This document shows, piece by piece, positions 31,172-42,866 of a DNA stretch of 64,000 bases; the first letter of the stretch is position 1, and every line of letters starts with the position of its first letter. The position numbers and the translations under genes were made by a program. The DNA comes from Alphaproteobacteria bacterium (lineage in GTDB: Bacteria > Pseudomonadota > Alphaproteobacteria > GCA-2731375): assembly GCA_965232515.1 (NCBI GenBank), contig CBDDPY010000002.1:3456001-3520000 (forward strand), in the 5' to 3' direction. Below the pieces are notes generated by a model that had not been told where the DNA came from, did not search any database, and saw nothing but the letters and a program-made list of their open reading frames with translations.

Positions 31172-31636
31172 GTGGACCACGATCGCATGCGCCCTAGTGG
31201 ACGCCAGAGCCGTTCGGGCGCCATGACCGTAGCGTCCGAGCTTTGGTCCAGTCGCCATCGGAATGGCCGACGCGCCCCGCCCTCAGATACACGTTGCGCC
31301 GCCGACGTTCAAACGCGACCGCGTTTCCACCGGCGCCGGCCCGGCGCGGACGCCGCCCCAAGCCGGCTCGAGCGGGCATGGCGACGTGGCGTTTCCGTTC
31401 GATCAAATGTACGTCCGCCCAACTTTCAATGAAGAAAAAATTAGCAATATTATCCAGAAGGCGTCAATTCGAATTCCGCTTCGATCGCGTCGCAACGGCG
31501 TCAAGATCCTTGAATTCTTGCGATATCCCGGCAAACAAAGGGCCTTGAGCCCAACCGGCAACCCCAATGCGCTCGACGGATTCGCGCATTGACCGATAGG
31601 ATAAATTAGTATTATTAGTATATCGGGAGGCAGGTC

Positions 31637-32616
31637 ATGAAGATCCTGGTGACCGGAGCGACCGGCAAGGTTGGCGGCGAGGTCATGCGGCGACTGTTCG
31701 ACGAGAACGTGGCGCCGGACGCGTCCGTCGTGGCGCTCTGTCATAACCGCACCTTGCCGGCCCGTGACCGGCTGACGATCGTGCGCGGATCGATCGACGA
31801 CCGAAACGTCGTTTCGTGGGCCATGTCCGGCGTCAGCCACGTCATCCACACGGCGACCTGCAAGGAAACCCCCGACCAGATCATGGATGTGGCGGTCAAG
31901 GGGCTGTTCTGGCTGCTCGAGGAATTCCGCCAGTCGCCGACGGCTAAGCAATTCATCCTGATCGGCGGGGATGCCGGCATCGGGCATTTCTTCCATGACC
32001 GCGGCGACCGGATCACCGAACACACGCCGCATCACGCCTATCCCGGCTGCTATGCGCTCTCGAAGGTCCTCGAAGAGGTGATGCTCGAGCAGTTCGGCCT
32101 GCAGTACGGGATCGACTGGTGCTGCCTGCGCGCGCCGTGGATCATGGAAAAGGACGATTTCAAGTTTTCGCTGTCGTTCGGCGACGACGTCTCGGCGGGC
32201 CCGTCTGGAAGGATCTGGTCGAGCCCGAGGCCGCCCGCCGATACGCGGCGGCCGGGACGGTTCCGATCCTGCTCGACACGACCGGACGGCCGCTGACGCG
32301 GAACTTCGTGCATCTGTCCGATCTTGTCGATGCCATCTTTTGCGCGCTCGACAATCCGAACGCGCGCCAACAGCTGTTCAACATCTGCATGGACGCGCCC
32401 GTCGACTATGCCGAGGTCGGCCGCTATCTGAACCAGACGCAAGCGCTGGACAACGTCGAGATCGCCAGCGACTACCACAGCAATTGGATGGACAACGCGA
32501 AGGCGCGCGCGGCGCTCGACTGGGCGCCGCGGTACGACCTGCACCGCCTGATTGACGAGGCCTGGGCCTATCGCCGAAGCGCCGACGATCCGCGCAAGAT
32601 CTGGTACCCGGGCTGA
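31637..32616 (+). pseudogene. NAD-dependent epimerase/dehydratase, frameshifted near 32192
   Basis: N-half (TGATGKVG, YALSK) is in one frame and the C-half (RNFVHLSDLV..QLFNI..WYPG) in another. The junction GTC TCGGCGGG appears to lack one T of TTC. Confidence 0.75.
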
Positions 32617-32669
32617 CATCAACCGGCCTGTTTCAGGCCAGACAAAAACGACGACCAGGGAGAGACATC

Positions 32670-33650
32670 ATGAAAGCAAGCATCAGAACGCTGGGATTGG
32701 CCGCGGCGATCGCGCTGATGGCCGGCACCTCGGCGGCCGCGGACAAGACGCTGGCGATTGTCGTCAAGGCGATGGACAACCCGTTCTTCGACCTGGTTCG
32801 CGACGGCTGCAAGAAGGCGGCCGGCGAGCTCGACGGCATCGAGTGCCTGTATATCGGGCCGTCGACCCACACCGAAGCCGATCAGTTGCAGATCATCGAG
32901 GACCTGCTGACGCGCGGCGTCGATGCGATGGCGATTTCGCCGTCGAACGCGCCGGTGGTCGCCAAACTGCTGAAGCGGCGCAAGCCGTCCATTCCGGTCA
33001 TCACGATCGACGCCGACGTACTGCCGAGCGACGCCGCGGTTCGCAAGCTGTATCTGGGCACGAACAACTATGACCTCGGCGTTCGGCTGGCCGAATACCT
33101 GCAGGAATTGAAGCCGAACGGCGGGTCGGTCTGCCTGGTGCTCGGCGGCCCGGCCGCGGACAACATCAACCAGCGCGCACAAGGCTCGCGCGATGTGCTG
33201 TCGGGCCAGAAGGGCATCGACCGCCTGACCGGCCAGAACGGCTGGACCGAAATCGACGGGTGCCCGCTCTACACCAACGACGATGCGGCGCTGGGCGTGC
33301 AGATGATGACCGACGTGCTGACCGCGAATCCGGACCTGGATGCGTTCATTCTCGAAGGCGGCTGGCCGCAATTCGCACCGCAGGCCTATGCCCAGATGAC
33401 CGATCTGCACATGGACAAGATCAAATCCAAGAAGCTGGCCATCGTGGTGTCCGACACGCTGCCGCCGCAGATCACCGCGTTGAAACAGGGCCGGAGCCAC
33501 GTTCAGGTCGGGCAGCGGCCTTATGAGATGGGCTACCGCGCCATCTACGTGATGAACGACATGCTCGCGGGCAAAAGCTTCGACGGCGATATCTATACCG
33601 GCCTGGACGAATGCACGCCGGCGAACGTCGACAGCTGCCTCGCCAAATAG
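32670..33650 (+). CDS. sugar ABC substrate-binding protein
   Basis: Signal peptide, KAMDNPFF, ITIDAD and VGQRPYEMGY motifs. Confidence 0.9.
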   Translation: MKASIRTLGLAAAIALMAGTSAAADKTLAIVVKAMDNPFFDLVRDGCKKAAGELDGIECLYIGPSTHTEADQLQIIEDLLTRGVDAMAISPSNAPVVAKLLKRRKPSIPVITIDADVLPSDAAVRKLYLGTNNYDLGVRLAEYLQELKPNGGSVCLVLGGPAADNINQRAQGSRDVLSGQKGIDRLTGQNGWTEIDGCPLYTNDDAALGVQMMTDVLTANPDLDAFILEGGWPQFAPQAYAQMTDLHMDKIKSKKLAIVVSDTLPPQITALKQGRSHVQVGQRPYEMGYRAIYVMNDMLAGKSFDGDIYTGLDECTPANVDSCLAK

Positions 33651-33701
33651 GTCTCCACGTTGCCCGGGCCTTCCCAGACGCCCACGGCAACCAACTTCAG
33701 C

Positions 33702-33733
33702 CAGGGCGCGGCGATGCCGCGCCCTGTTTTTTT
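33702..33733 (+). terminator. intrinsic terminator
   Basis: CAGGGCGCGGC-gat-GCCGCGCCCTG followed by T7. Confidence 0.85.
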
Positions 33734-33787
33734 GCGTTTCGATCCGAACTGGCGCCGCGCGCGACGGCGCATAGCCGCCACCGATCG

Positions 33788-34699
33788 TCAGGCCTGCGCC
33801 ACTGCCAGCCGTTCGTCCTGCGCTTCCAGCGGCAGGAAGTCGTAGCCATGCAACTTATTGACGTTGGCCAATTCCGCTTGATTAAGCGCATGGAACGGCC
33901 GCTCGCTTTTCTTTAGCAGTTCCAGATTTTCCGAAAACACCTTCCAGTCGGCGTCCGAGCGATAATGCTGCTGGTTCGGCACCACGTCCCAGCGGCTGTC
34001 GGCGCCTTTTTCGGCAAAAGCCACCACGCCCATTTCGGTATCGACCGTGATGTTCGGGATCGGCGGCTGGTCTTTGGAAAAGGCGTCGTAGTCGAAGCTC
34101 CAAATCAGCCAAGGCGTATCGGGCGCGAGGATCACATGATAGATCTTACAGTCCGAAAACCGGTTCATGACGAAATAGTCCAGGAACCAATGCGCCGTGA
34201 AAATCAGATACGGAAGGTGATGGTTGCTGGCCTGGTTTATCGTGAAAACGCGCCCGTTCGGCTTCAACAGACGCGCGATGTTGCGCATCGCATCGCCCGG
34301 GCTGAACACATTGTCGAAGGTGCTGCCGTCGATGATGAAATCGGCGTATTCATCCAATTCATCCGGTATCGGCCGGTTCAGGTCATGGATGATATTGGCG
34401 CCTTCGTAGTCGCTGTGATCGAGCCAGGCGATATCGGTGGCGCCGAGCAACCGGAAGAAGGAATCGTCGGTGATGTATTCCTCGTCCTGATGCTGTCCCG
34501 CGGCCACTGTCTGCCGGTCAACCTCCAGATCGTCGATGCCGATGTCGCCCGTGTCGACGCCGAACTCATGCGCCATGTCCATCGCTTGCTGACGCGACAG
34601 TTGGACGGTCTGCCGGCCGATAAGAAGCAGCTTTCCCCGGATCGGGCGGTAAAGATGCTCCCGCATGATCATCTCGGCGAGTGTTCTGGCGATACCCAT
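33788..34699 (-). CDS. SAM-dependent methyltransferase-like protein
   Basis: LDHSDYEGANIIHDLN, DFIIDGSTFDNVF and ARLLKPNGRV motifs. Lower GC than neighbours. Confidence 0.7.
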   Translation of the reverse strand: MGIARTLAEMIMREHLYRPIRGKLLLIGRQTVQLSRQQAMDMAHEFGVDTGDIGIDDLEVDRQTVAAGQHQDEEYITDDSFFRLLGATDIAWLDHSDYEGANIIHDLNRPIPDELDEYADFIIDGSTFDNVFSPGDAMRNIARLLKPNGRVFTINQASNHHLPYLIFTAHWFLDYFVMNRFSDCKIYHVILAPDTPWLIWSFDYDAFSKDQPPIPNITVDTEMGVVAFAEKGADSRWDVVPNQQHYRSDADWKVFSENLELLKKSERPFHALNQAELANVNKLHGYDFLPLEAQDERLAVAQA

Positions 34700-35079
34700 G
34701 ACAACGCACCCTTCCGTGCAAACGTCAAAAACGTTCAGCAGGATTTCCGGGTCGTCCGTCAGCCAACACCGTCGGCGCCGAAGCGCCATTGCGCTGGCCC
34801 ACGATCGGGCCATCGAACCGCTGTGGACGGCGGAACCCCCACTGAACCACCCACAACCACAGGCAATATTCTTGTTCGCTTAATTTAGGATTAAGGCGGG
34901 CATTAAGCGGTCGCCAAATATCGGAAACGCTTACCGTCGCAACCGCCTGAAGCCGCAACGGTCGTAGGGCGAGGCCGCATTGCAAACTTGGCAATAGACA
35001 AGGTGAGGTATGTCCTCATTCGCAAGCCGCCTTCCCTAAAGCTACGGCTTCGCGCAGGCAGGCGCTCGAAGAGCGAAGG

Positions 35080-35155
35080 TGGTGCCCAGGGGCGGAATCG
35101 AACCACCGACACGCGGATTTTCAGTCCACTGCTCTACCAACTGAGCTACCTGGGC
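35080..35155 (-). tRNA. tRNA-Phe(GAA)
   Basis: GCCCAGG..TAGCTCAGTTGGTAGAGC..CTGAAAA..GTTCGATTCC..CCTGGGCACCA, 76 nt. Confidence 0.97.
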
Positions 35156-35247
35156 GCCGGCTCGGCGGACCGGCGGGGCCGGTTCGCGAGGACGAGGTTG
35201 TTTACGGGAATCGGTTCGGCCTGTCCAGAGCTTCCGGACCACTGCGG

Positions 35248-35472
35248 TCAGCGATCGTCGGCCTCGTCGCGGTCCGCCATCAGACGCTCGATATCTTCCG
35301 CATCGACGTCGTCGGGCGGTTCGACGGCGGGAATCGCATAATTGCCGCCGAACCAGCGGCCGAGATCGACGTCGGCGCAGCGGCGCGAGCAGAACGGGCG
35401 GTAGCGCGCCACCGCTGGCTTGCCGCAGATCGCGCAGGCCTTGAGCGGCGTATTGTCGTTGGCGCCGCTCAT
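35248..35472 (-). CDS. yacG: DNA gyrase inhibitor YacG
   Basis: CAICGK..RPFCSRRCADVDLGRW. Confidence 0.92.
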   Translation of the reverse strand: MSGANDNTPLKACAICGKPAVARYRPFCSRRCADVDLGRWFGGNYAIPAVEPPDDVDAEDIERLMADRDEADDR

Positions 35473-36920
35473 GCCGGGCCGATCCTGTAGTCGGCGCGGC
35501 CGCAGGCCGTATCGGCGTGCAGCGTCACGGCGCAGCCGAGCCGGTTGGCGAGCGCCTGGGTCAGCCGGTCGTCGTCGTCGCCGAGCCGGGCAATGATCTC
35601 CGGCGCGGCCGAGATCAGCAGCGGCCGGCCGGGCAGCGCCGCGGCCTCGGCCTCGGCCCGGCGCAGCAGGCCCGAGGTGACCGCGGCGACGGTCGGCTGC
35701 CGGCCGCCGGCAGCGATATCGGGCACCGGCTCGGTCAGCAGATGCGCGAGCGGCTCGCGCACGCGGCGGCGGGTCATCTCGACCAGACCCAGCTCCGACA
35801 TGCCGGCGACCCGGATCGGCGCCCTGTCGCGGGCGAGCGCCTGGCCGAACGTCTCGAGCAACCTGTTGACGTTGCCCTCGGCGTTCATGCGCATGAAGTC
35901 GACCACGACGATGCCGCCGATGTCGCGCAGGCGCAGCTGCCAGGCGATCTCCTCGGCCGCCTCCAGATTGGTCCGAAGCGCCGTCTCCTCGGCGTCGACG
36001 CCGGCGGTGTAGCGGCCGGAATTGACGTCGATGGCGGTCAGCGCCTCGGTCGCCTCGATGACGATGGCGCCGCCCGACGGCAACGGCACGCGCGGCTGCA
36101 GCGCCTCGTCGATATCGCCCTCGATATCGTAGCTGTCGAACAGTAGCGCCGGTCCCTGATGGCGCTGCAAGCGATCGACGGACCAGGGCAGGGCGCCGGC
36201 GCAATAGTCGCGCAGCCGGCCGAGCGCGGCGCCGTCGTCGACCGCGACGCGCTGCACATCGGGCGACATGTGGTCGCGTAAAGCGGCGCAGACCGGATCG
36301 ATGCCGGCCTCGATGCAGGCCGGCGGCTCGGCTGCGTCCAGACGCGCCGAGATATCGTTCCAGCTCTCCACGAGATGGGCGGCCTCGTCGCGCAGGTCTT
36401 CGGCGTCGACGCCGACGGCCGCGGTTCGCAGGATCAGGCCGCCACTACCGCCGAGCCCGTCGACGGCCGCCGCCAGCCTGTCGCGTTCGGTCGCGTCGTC
36501 GATCCGCCGGGAGATGCTGACGCCGCGCCGCCAGGGCGCCAGCACCAGATGCCGGCCCGGCAGCGTGATGTCGGTGGTCAGCCGCGGGCCCTTGTCGCCG
36601 ATCGGTTCTTTCGTGACCTGCACCAGGACGGCCTGTCCTTCGTGCACGGCCTCGGCAATGCGCGGCCGGTCGCCAACCGATCCGACACCGTCGGCGTAGC
36701 GGGCGTCACGCGCCGGCAGAAAGCCGCTGCGATCGAGGCCGATATCGACGAAGGCCGCCTGCACGCCGTTCGCCACATGCGTGACCCGGCCGAGATAAAG
36801 CCGGCCGACCATGGCCGTGTCGCCGGCCGGCGCGAAGATCAACTCGGCCAGGCGGCCGTCGTCGAGCAGCGCAATCCGCGTTTCCAGCAGGCCGACATTG
36901 ACCAGGATCTCGTCGGTCAT
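35469..36920 (-). CDS. rng: ribonuclease E/G family
   Basis: S1 domain [26 protein letters not shown] and GGIVVVDF. Confidence 0.88.
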   Translation of the reverse strand: MTDEILVNVGLLETRIALLDDGRLAELIFAPAGDTAMVGRLYLGRVTHVANGVQAAFVDIGLDRSGFLPARDARYADGVGSVGDRPRIAEAVHEGQAVLVQVTKEPIGDKGPRLTTDITLPGRHLVLAPWRRGVSISRRIDDATERDRLAAAVDGLGGSGGLILRTAAVGVDAEDLRDEAAHLVESWNDISARLDAAEPPACIEAGIDPVCAALRDHMSPDVQRVAVDDGAALGRLRDYCAGALPWSVDRLQRHQGPALLFDSYDIEGDIDEALQPRVPLPSGGAIVIEATEALTAIDVNSGRYTAGVDAEETALRTNLEAAEEIAWQLRLRDIGGIVVVDFMRMNAEGNVNRLLETFGQALARDRAPIRVAGMSELGLVEMTRRRVREPLAHLLTEPVPDIAAGGRQPTVAAVTSGLLRRAEAEAAALPGRPLLISAAPEIIARLGDDDDRLTQALANRLGCAVTLHADTACGRADYRIGPA

Positions 36921-37573
36921 GCCGGCGCCGCCTCCGCTGTCGCCATTTCGTGCACCGGAAAGCCTAGACCGTTCAGCAGGGCCGCGGTCTCGTACAGCGG
37001 CAAACCGACGACGTTTGAATAAGAGCCGTTCAGCGCGCGCACGAAGATCGCGGCGCGGCCCTGAACGGCGTAGCCGCCGGCCTTGCCGCGCCATTCGCCG
37101 CTGTCGAGGTACCAGTCGATGTCATCCGGCGTGAGCCGCTTGAAAGTGACGGTCGTCGTGACCAGACGGGTCGTCCGGCGGTTGCCGGGCGCGATCACAT
37201 GCACGCCGGTCAGCACGCGATGGCGGCGGCCCGACAGCAGATTCAGACAGCTCCGCGCCTCGGCCGGTTCGTTCGCCTTCGGCAGGATGCGGCGGCCGCA
37301 GGCCACGACAGTATCGGCCGCCAGCACGAAGGCGTCGCCATGGGCGCAGCCGTCGACCGCCGCGGCCTTGGCCTCGGCCAGCCGCCGCGCCAGATCGACC
37401 GGCCGCTCGCGCGGGCGCGGCGTCTCGTCGACATCCTTGGGCGCCACCGCGTCCGGCGTCACGCCGATTTGCCGCAGCAGCGCCAGCCGGCGTGGCGAAG
37501 CCGAGGCTAGAACCAGTCGTGGGCGCGGAGCGGCGTTATCGGCGGGCGCTGCCGGCACGGCAGAAACCGACAT
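36917..37573 (-). CDS. maf: Maf nucleotide pyrophosphatase
   Basis: [24 protein letters not shown] and NVVGLPL motifs. Confidence 0.93.
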   Translation of the reverse strand: MSVSAVPAAPADNAAPRPRLVLASASPRRLALLRQIGVTPDAVAPKDVDETPRPRERPVDLARRLAEAKAAAVDGCAHGDAFVLAADTVVACGRRILPKANEPAEARSCLNLLSGRRHRVLTGVHVIAPGNRRTTRLVTTTVTFKRLTPDDIDWYLDSGEWRGKAGGYAVQGRAAIFVRALNGSYSNVVGLPLYETAALLNGLGFPVHEMATAEAAPA

Positions 37574-37791
37574 TATTTGAAGCGGTAGGTGATCCGACCC
37601 TTGCTCAGGTCATAGGGCGTCATCTCGACCAGCACCTTGTCGCCGGCGAGCACCCGGATGCGGTGCTTGCGCATCTTGCCGGCCGTGTGGGCCAGAACTT
37701 CGTGATCATTGTCGAGCTTTACGCGAAACATCGCGTTCGGCAGCAGTTCGGTGACCGTGCCGGGAAATTCGAGCAGTTCCTCTTTCGCCAT
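37573..37791 (-). CDS. infA: translation initiation factor IF-1
   Basis: [25 protein letters not shown]. Confidence 0.98.
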   Translation of the reverse strand: MAKEELLEFPGTVTELLPNAMFRVKLDNDHEVLAHTAGKMRKHRIRVLAGDKVLVEMTPYDLSKGRITYRFK

Positions 37792-37877
37792 TCCCTATCC
37801 TTCTTTTGTCCCTAAGCGACCAGGAAGATGCGAACGATAGGCCAAAAAAGCAAGCGATTTGGTTGGTAAACAGGCGT

Positions 37878-38330
37878 TCACGTCGCCGATCCGCCGCCGT
37901 TTTCACCGTTCAACAGCCGGGCGCGGATGCGCTGAAGCAGCCCGTCACGAACCTCGCGATAAGACTCCAGTATCCGCTCGCGGCTGCCCTGCGTGATGGT
38001 CGGGTCGAAGGTCGGCCAGTATTCGACCTCGCAGGCCATGGTGCGGGTCATCTCGACCGCCTTGTGCTGAGCTTCCGGCGTTAGCGAGATGATGAGGTCG
38101 AACGAGCTGTCCTCGAGATCGTCGAAGCTCTTCGGATTGTGCCGCGAGAGATCGATATCGATCTCGGCCATCACCGCGACGGCGAAGCCGTCGAGCTCGC
38201 CGGTACGCACGCCGGCGGAATCCACGTAGACGCGGTCGCCGGCCAGGTGTTTGGCGATCGCTTCCGCCATGGGCGAGCGCACGGCGTTGAGATTGCAGGC
38301 GAAAAGCAGGCTGCCGGGGAGCGTCGACAT
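37878..38330 (-). CDS. low-molecular-weight phosphatase / ArsC family
   Basis: LFACNLNAVRSPMAE P-loop, SAG and DP motifs. Confidence 0.88.
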   Translation of the reverse strand: MSTLPGSLLFACNLNAVRSPMAEAIAKHLAGDRVYVDSAGVRTGELDGFAVAVMAEIDIDLSRHNPKSFDDLEDSSFDLIISLTPEAQHKAVEMTRTMACEVEYWPTFDPTITQGSRERILESYREVRDGLLQRIRARLLNGENGGGSAT

Positions 38331-38357
38331 CTTTATGAGCGGCCCTTCGGGCCGCGG

Positions 38358-38440
38358 CTCGACCCGTCCCACTCCCCCACCCGACCACCCATTGAGCATA
38401 CTTCCGTGGGTGGTCGGGTTGGGGAGCGGGACGGGTCGAG
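38358..38440. repeat. long intergenic palindromic element
   Basis: 34-bp inverted repeat (38358-38391 / 38407-38440) with 2 mismatches and a 15-nt loop. Confidence 0.85.
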
Positions 38441-38465
38441 TACAGTCAACATAGACCTCACCTCC

Positions 38466-38942
38466 TCACCCCCGGATCTGCAGGACGCAGACCAGCGTGA
38501 ACAGGCGGCGCGAGGTGTCTTCGTCGATCTCGATCTTGTCGGCGAGGCGCTCGCGCAACAGCTCCGCGCCCTCGTTGTGCAGGCCCCGGCGGCCCATGTC
38601 GATGGCCTCGATCTGCGACGGCGAGGCCGTCTTGATGGCCTGGTAGTAGCTCTCGCAGATCGTGAAATAGTCTTTGATGATGCGGCGGAACGGACTGAGC
38701 GGCAGCAGCACGCGGCCGAGCGGCGCACCGTCGGCGTCGCCGATGGCCATGACCAGCCGGTTCTCCTCCATGCCGAGCTCGAGGCTGTAGGGGCCCTGAT
38801 AATCGCCGACCGGCCGGAAGCGGTTCTCCTCCAACAGGTCGTACATGGCGACGCGGCGCTCGTGCTCGATGTCCGGTGAACGCCGGATCACCGTGCGCTC
38901 GTCGAGCGCGATGTGCACGATGCGCTGGTCGTCCGACACCAT
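38466..38942 (-). CDS. UPF0262 family protein
   Basis: EHERRVAMYDLLEEN and IEAIDMGRRGLHNEG; usual position downstream of hisD. Confidence 0.92.
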   Translation of the reverse strand: MVSDDQRIVHIALDERTVIRRSPDIEHERRVAMYDLLEENRFRPVGDYQGPYSLELGMEENRLVMAIGDADGAPLGRVLLPLSPFRRIIKDYFTICESYYQAIKTASPSQIEAIDMGRRGLHNEGAELLRERLADKIEIDEDTSRRLFTLVCVLQIRG

Positions 38943-38988
38943 GCGCCCCGGTCAGCGGCCCAAACGGTCGAGCGCGCCAGGCATCGGC

Positions 38989-40290
38989 TCAATCCCGACG
39001 GTTCAGCCGGATGGCGATGGAGCGAGCGTGCGCCGGCAAGCCCTCGGCCTCGGCCAAGGCGATCGCGGCCGGGCCGATCTCAGCCAATGCGTCGGCGTCA
39101 CAGCGGATCAGGCTGGTGCGCTTGACGAAATCGAGCACGGACAGGCCGGAGGCGAAGCGCGCCCGCCGCGCCGTCGGCAGCACGTGGTTCGGTCCGCCGA
39201 CATAGTCGCCGACGGCTTCCGGGGTGTGCCGGCCGAGGAAGATGGCGCCGGCCTGGCCCACCTTGGCGGCCAGCGGCTCGGGCGCCGCGATCGCCAGCTC
39301 CAGATGCTCCGGCGCGATGGCGTTGATCAGATCGGGCGCCTCGCTCATCAGATCCTCGACGACGATCAATGCGCCGTGGTCGCGCCAGCTTTCGGCCGCG
39401 ATATGGCTGTCGGGCGCCGCGGCGAGCTGAGCCTCGACGGCGGCAGCGACGGCCTCAACGAAGGCGGCATCGTCGGTGATCAGGATCGACTGCGCGGCGG
39501 TATCGTGCTCGGCCTGTGACAGCAGGTCGGCGGCGATCCAGGAAGGGTCATTCTCCGCGTCCGCCACCACCAGGATCTCGGACGGGCCGGCGATGGTGTC
39601 GATGCCGACGTCGCCGAACACCTGCCGCTTGGCCGTGGCGACATAGGCGTTGCCGGGCCCGACGATCTTGTCGACGGGCGCGATGGTATCGGTGCCGTAG
39701 GCGAGCGCGGCCACGGCTTGGGCGCCGCCGACGCGATAGATCTCGTCGATGCCGGAGATACGGGCGGCCGCCAGCACCAGCGGGTTGAGCGTACCGTCCG
39801 GCGTCGGCACGGTCATGGCGACGCGCGGCACGCCGGCGATCCTGGCCGGCAGCGCGTTCATCAACACGGACGACGGATAGGCCGCGAGCCCGCCCGGCAC
39901 ATAGAGCCCGACCGCGGCGATCGCGGTCCAGCGATGGCCGAGCTCGACGCCGCTCGCGTCCGTGAAACGGTCGTCCGACGGCATTTGGCGGGCGTGAAAC
40001 GCTTCGATGCGGTCCGCGGCGAATTTCAGCGCGTCCAACGTCTCGGGCTCGCATTCGGACCAGGCGGCATCGATCTCGGCTGTGGTGAAACGCAGCCGGT
40101 CAGCGGTGTAGGCGACGCGGTCAAAACGTTCGGTCAGTTCCAGCACGGCGGCATCGCCGCGCGCCCGGACGTCGGCAACGATGTCGGCAACGACGTCCGC
40201 GACATCGCTCGCGGTCTCGCGCTTTTCCGCCAGCAGCGCCGCGAAGGCGTCGGCGAAGCCGGCGTCGGTGCTGTTCAGCCTATGCGGCAT
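38989..40290 (-). CDS. hisD: histidinol dehydrogenase
   Basis: [24 protein letters not shown] and [13 protein letters not shown] motifs. Confidence 0.97.
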   Translation of the reverse strand: MPHRLNSTDAGFADAFAALLAEKRETASDVADVVADIVADVRARGDAAVLELTERFDRVAYTADRLRFTTAEIDAAWSECEPETLDALKFAADRIEAFHARQMPSDDRFTDASGVELGHRWTAIAAVGLYVPGGLAAYPSSVLMNALPARIAGVPRVAMTVPTPDGTLNPLVLAAARISGIDEIYRVGGAQAVAALAYGTDTIAPVDKIVGPGNAYVATAKRQVFGDVGIDTIAGPSEILVVADAENDPSWIAADLLSQAEHDTAAQSILITDDAAFVEAVAAAVEAQLAAAPDSHIAAESWRDHGALIVVEDLMSEAPDLINAIAPEHLELAIAAPEPLAAKVGQAGAIFLGRHTPEAVGDYVGGPNHVLPTARRARFASGLSVLDFVKRTSLIRCDADALAEIGPAAIALAEAEGLPAHARSIAIRLNRRD

Positions 40291-40942
40291 CGAGGGCCTC
40301 GCCAATGCGGCCGATCCAATCGCCAATCTGCTCGGGCCGGGTCTTGAAGGCGGCGCGGTTGACGATCAGCCGCGAGGTGATCTCGGCGATCGTCTCGACC
40401 TCGACCAGGCCGTTCGCGCGCAGCGTCGCGCCGGTGCTGACCAGGTCGACGATGCGCCGGCACAGGCCCAGGCCGGGCGCCAGCTCCATGGCGCCGTTCA
40501 GCTTGATGCATTCGGCCTGCACGCCGCGGGCGGCGAAGTGGCGGCGGGTGATCTCGGGATACTTGGTGGCGATGCGAATGTGGCTCCACTGTGCCGGATC
40601 GTCCTCGGCCAAGAGCTCGGCCGGCTCGGCGACGGCAAGACGGCAGTGGCCGACCTTCAGATCGAGCGGCGCATAGAGCTCGGAATAGTCGAACTCCATC
40701 AGCACGTCGTTGCCGGCGACGCCGATCTGCGCCGCGCCGAACGCCACGAACGTGGCCACGTCGAAGCTGCGCACGCGGATGATGCTGACATCAGGGTCGC
40801 GCGTGGCGAAACGCAGCTGACGGGAATTGGGATCGTCGAAGGCCGGCTCCGGCTCGAGGCCAGCCCGGCGCAGGATCGGCATCACCTCGCCGAGGATCCG
40901 CCCCTTGGGGAGCGCAATGACCAGGGGGTCGTTGGCGCGCAT
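40280..40942 (-). CDS. hisG: ATP phosphoribosyltransferase (short form)
   Basis: ALPKGRI, IATKYP and [11 protein letters not shown]; 220 aa. Confidence 0.96.
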   Translation of the reverse strand: MRANDPLVIALPKGRILGEVMPILRRAGLEPEPAFDDPNSRQLRFATRDPDVSIIRVRSFDVATFVAFGAAQIGVAGNDVLMEFDYSELYAPLDLKVGHCRLAVAEPAELLAEDDPAQWSHIRIATKYPEITRRHFAARGVQAECIKLNGAMELAPGLGLCRRIVDLVSTGATLRANGLVEVETIAEITSRLIVNRAAFKTRPEQIGDWIGRIGEALDAA

Positions 40943-40961
40943 CGGCTGGTCATTCCCCCGT

Positions 40962-41420
40962 TCAGGCCGGCGCGTCGTCGGGATGTTCCGGCCGGTTCGG
41001 CGTCGGCCAGGAATCGCCGATATCGGCCAGGTGACAATCGATCACCTCGGCCTGCAGCAGCACGGCCCCGCCGCCGGCGAAGGTCAGCGTGATGTCGACG
41101 CCGGTCTCAGTCTCGGCTGCCGTCAACGCCAGCAACGGCAGCAGGCCGCCGCGATCGTCCTGGGCGATGTTCTGAACGCGCACGTTCAACACGCTGTCGA
41201 AATGCACGCCGCAGCGGATGCGCTCGCCGCCCTCGGCCATCTTGTTGTTGGCGCGGGCGTGCACGCGCTCCCACATGAAGCGGTTGACCATCAGAACGAA
41301 GCGGCGCTGGCCGCGCTGATAGGTCATGTCGGCCACCCGCGTCAGGCCGTCCTGCAGGCAGGACGAGATCACCGCCAGATCGTCGGCGTCCTGCGCCTCC
41401 AACTTCATCAACGCCGCCAC
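40962..41420 (-). CDS. DUF2948 family protein
   Basis: [20 protein letters not shown] and TFAGGG..W.T..RP.H; position downstream of murA. Confidence 0.88.
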   Translation of the reverse strand: MAALMKLEAQDADDLAVISSCLQDGLTRVADMTYQRGQRRFVLMVNRFMWERVHARANNKMAEGGERIRCGVHFDSVLNVRVQNIAQDDRGGLLPLLALTAAETETGVDITLTFAGGGAVLLQAEVIDCHLADIGDSWPTPNRPEHPDDAPA

Positions 41421-41433
41421 GGTCCCCCCACAA

Positions 41434-42723
41434 CTACTCGCCTTTGACCCGCTCGATCTCGGCGCCGCAGCCGGCGAGCTTGGCTTCCAGATCGGCATAA
41501 CCCCGGTCGAGATGATAAACCCGATTGACGACGGTTTCGCCCTCGGCCGCGAGTCCCGCCAGTACCAGAGAGACCGAGGCCCGAAGATCGGTCGCCATCA
41601 CCGGCGCGCCGGACAGCCGCTCGACGCCGCGCACCATGGCCACGGGCCCCTTCACCTGGATGTCGGCGCCCATGCGGGCGAGCTCGGGCACATGCATGAA
41701 GCGGTTCTCGAAGATCGTCTCGGTGATCATCGCCGCGCCCCTGGCGACCGTCATCAGCGTCATGACCTGGGCCTGCAGGTCGGTCGGAAAGCCGGGATAA
41801 GGTTGGGTCGTGACGTCGACCCCGCTCAATGCGGATCCGTTGCGCGAGACCTTCAGGCCACGCTCGGTCAGGTCCAAAGCCACGCCGGCCTCGTTCAGGA
41901 TGCCGACGGCGGCTTCCATCAGGCTGCTGTCGGCGCCGATCAACTCGACCGTGCCGCCGGTCATCGCCGCGGCCATGGCGTAAGTCGCGGTCTCGATGCG
42001 GTCGGGCAGCACGCTGTGATCGGCGCCGTGCAGGCGTTCGACGCCCGTGATGTGCAGCATGTCGGTGCCGATGCCCTCGATGCGCGCGCCCATGGCGTTG
42101 AGACAGGCGGCGAGGTCGCCGATTTCGGGTTCGCGGGCGGCGTTCTCCAGCACGGTCTCGCCGCGCGCCAGGGTCGCCGCCATCAGCAGGTTTTCGGTGG
42201 CGCCGACCGAAACCATCGGAAAGCGCACCACGGCGCCGGTCAGCCCCTTGGGGGCGCGCGCGGAGATATAGCCGTCGTCGAGGTCGATCTCGGCGCCGAG
42301 TTGGGCCAGGCCCTTCACGTGCAGGTCGACCGGCCGGGTGCCGATGGCGCAGCCGCCCGGCAGCGAGACGATGGCCTGGCCGAAGCGCGCCAGCAGCGGT
42401 CCCAGCACCAGCACGGAGGCCCGCATCTTGCGCACGATGTCGTAGGGCGCGGTCAGGTTGTGGATATCGTCGGCGCGCAGCTTGACGACGCGACCGGTAA
42501 CACCGCCCGCCGGGTCGCCGCCGTTGAGCTCGACCGCGAGCCCATGCTGCGACAACAGCTGCAGCATGGTGTGGATGTCGGCGAGATCCGGCAGGTTGCG
42601 CAGCGTCAGCGTTTCGTCGGTCAACAGGCCGGCGGCCATCAGCGGCAGGGCGGCGTTCTTGGCGCCGCCGATCGCGATCCGGCCGTTCAGCGGCCGACCG
42701 CCGCGAATACGGATTTTATCCAT
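41434..42723 (-). CDS. murA: UDP-N-acetylglucosamine 1-carboxyvinyltransferase
   Basis: [28 protein letters not shown] and DLRA motifs. Confidence 0.97.
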   Translation of the reverse strand: MDKIRIRGGRPLNGRIAIGGAKNAALPLMAAGLLTDETLTLRNLPDLADIHTMLQLLSQHGLAVELNGGDPAGGVTGRVVKLRADDIHNLTAPYDIVRKMRASVLVLGPLLARFGQAIVSLPGGCAIGTRPVDLHVKGLAQLGAEIDLDDGYISARAPKGLTGAVVRFPMVSVGATENLLMAATLARGETVLENAAREPEIGDLAACLNAMGARIEGIGTDMLHITGVERLHGADHSVLPDRIETATYAMAAAMTGGTVELIGADSSLMEAAVGILNEAGVALDLTERGLKVSRNGSALSGVDVTTQPYPGFPTDLQAQVMTLMTVARGAAMITETIFENRFMHVPELARMGADIQVKGPVAMVRGVERLSGAPVMATDLRASVSLVLAGLAAEGETVVNRVYHLDRGYADLEAKLAGCGAEIERVKGE

Positions 42724-42866
42724 GTGGTTCCCCAAGGCGCGCGGCTCGGGCCGGCGTCCCGCATCGTGCTCGCGGCGGGACTATTACCGCATTGCAACAT
42801 GTAATGAAACCGCCATCTGCCGGCCCGACAGACGCGGCCAGCGGCGCATTATCAGCGGCAATGCGG

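Noticed and set aside
32119-32296. Programmed ribosomal frameshift in the epimerase
   Set aside because: No slippery heptamer or homopolymer at the junction.
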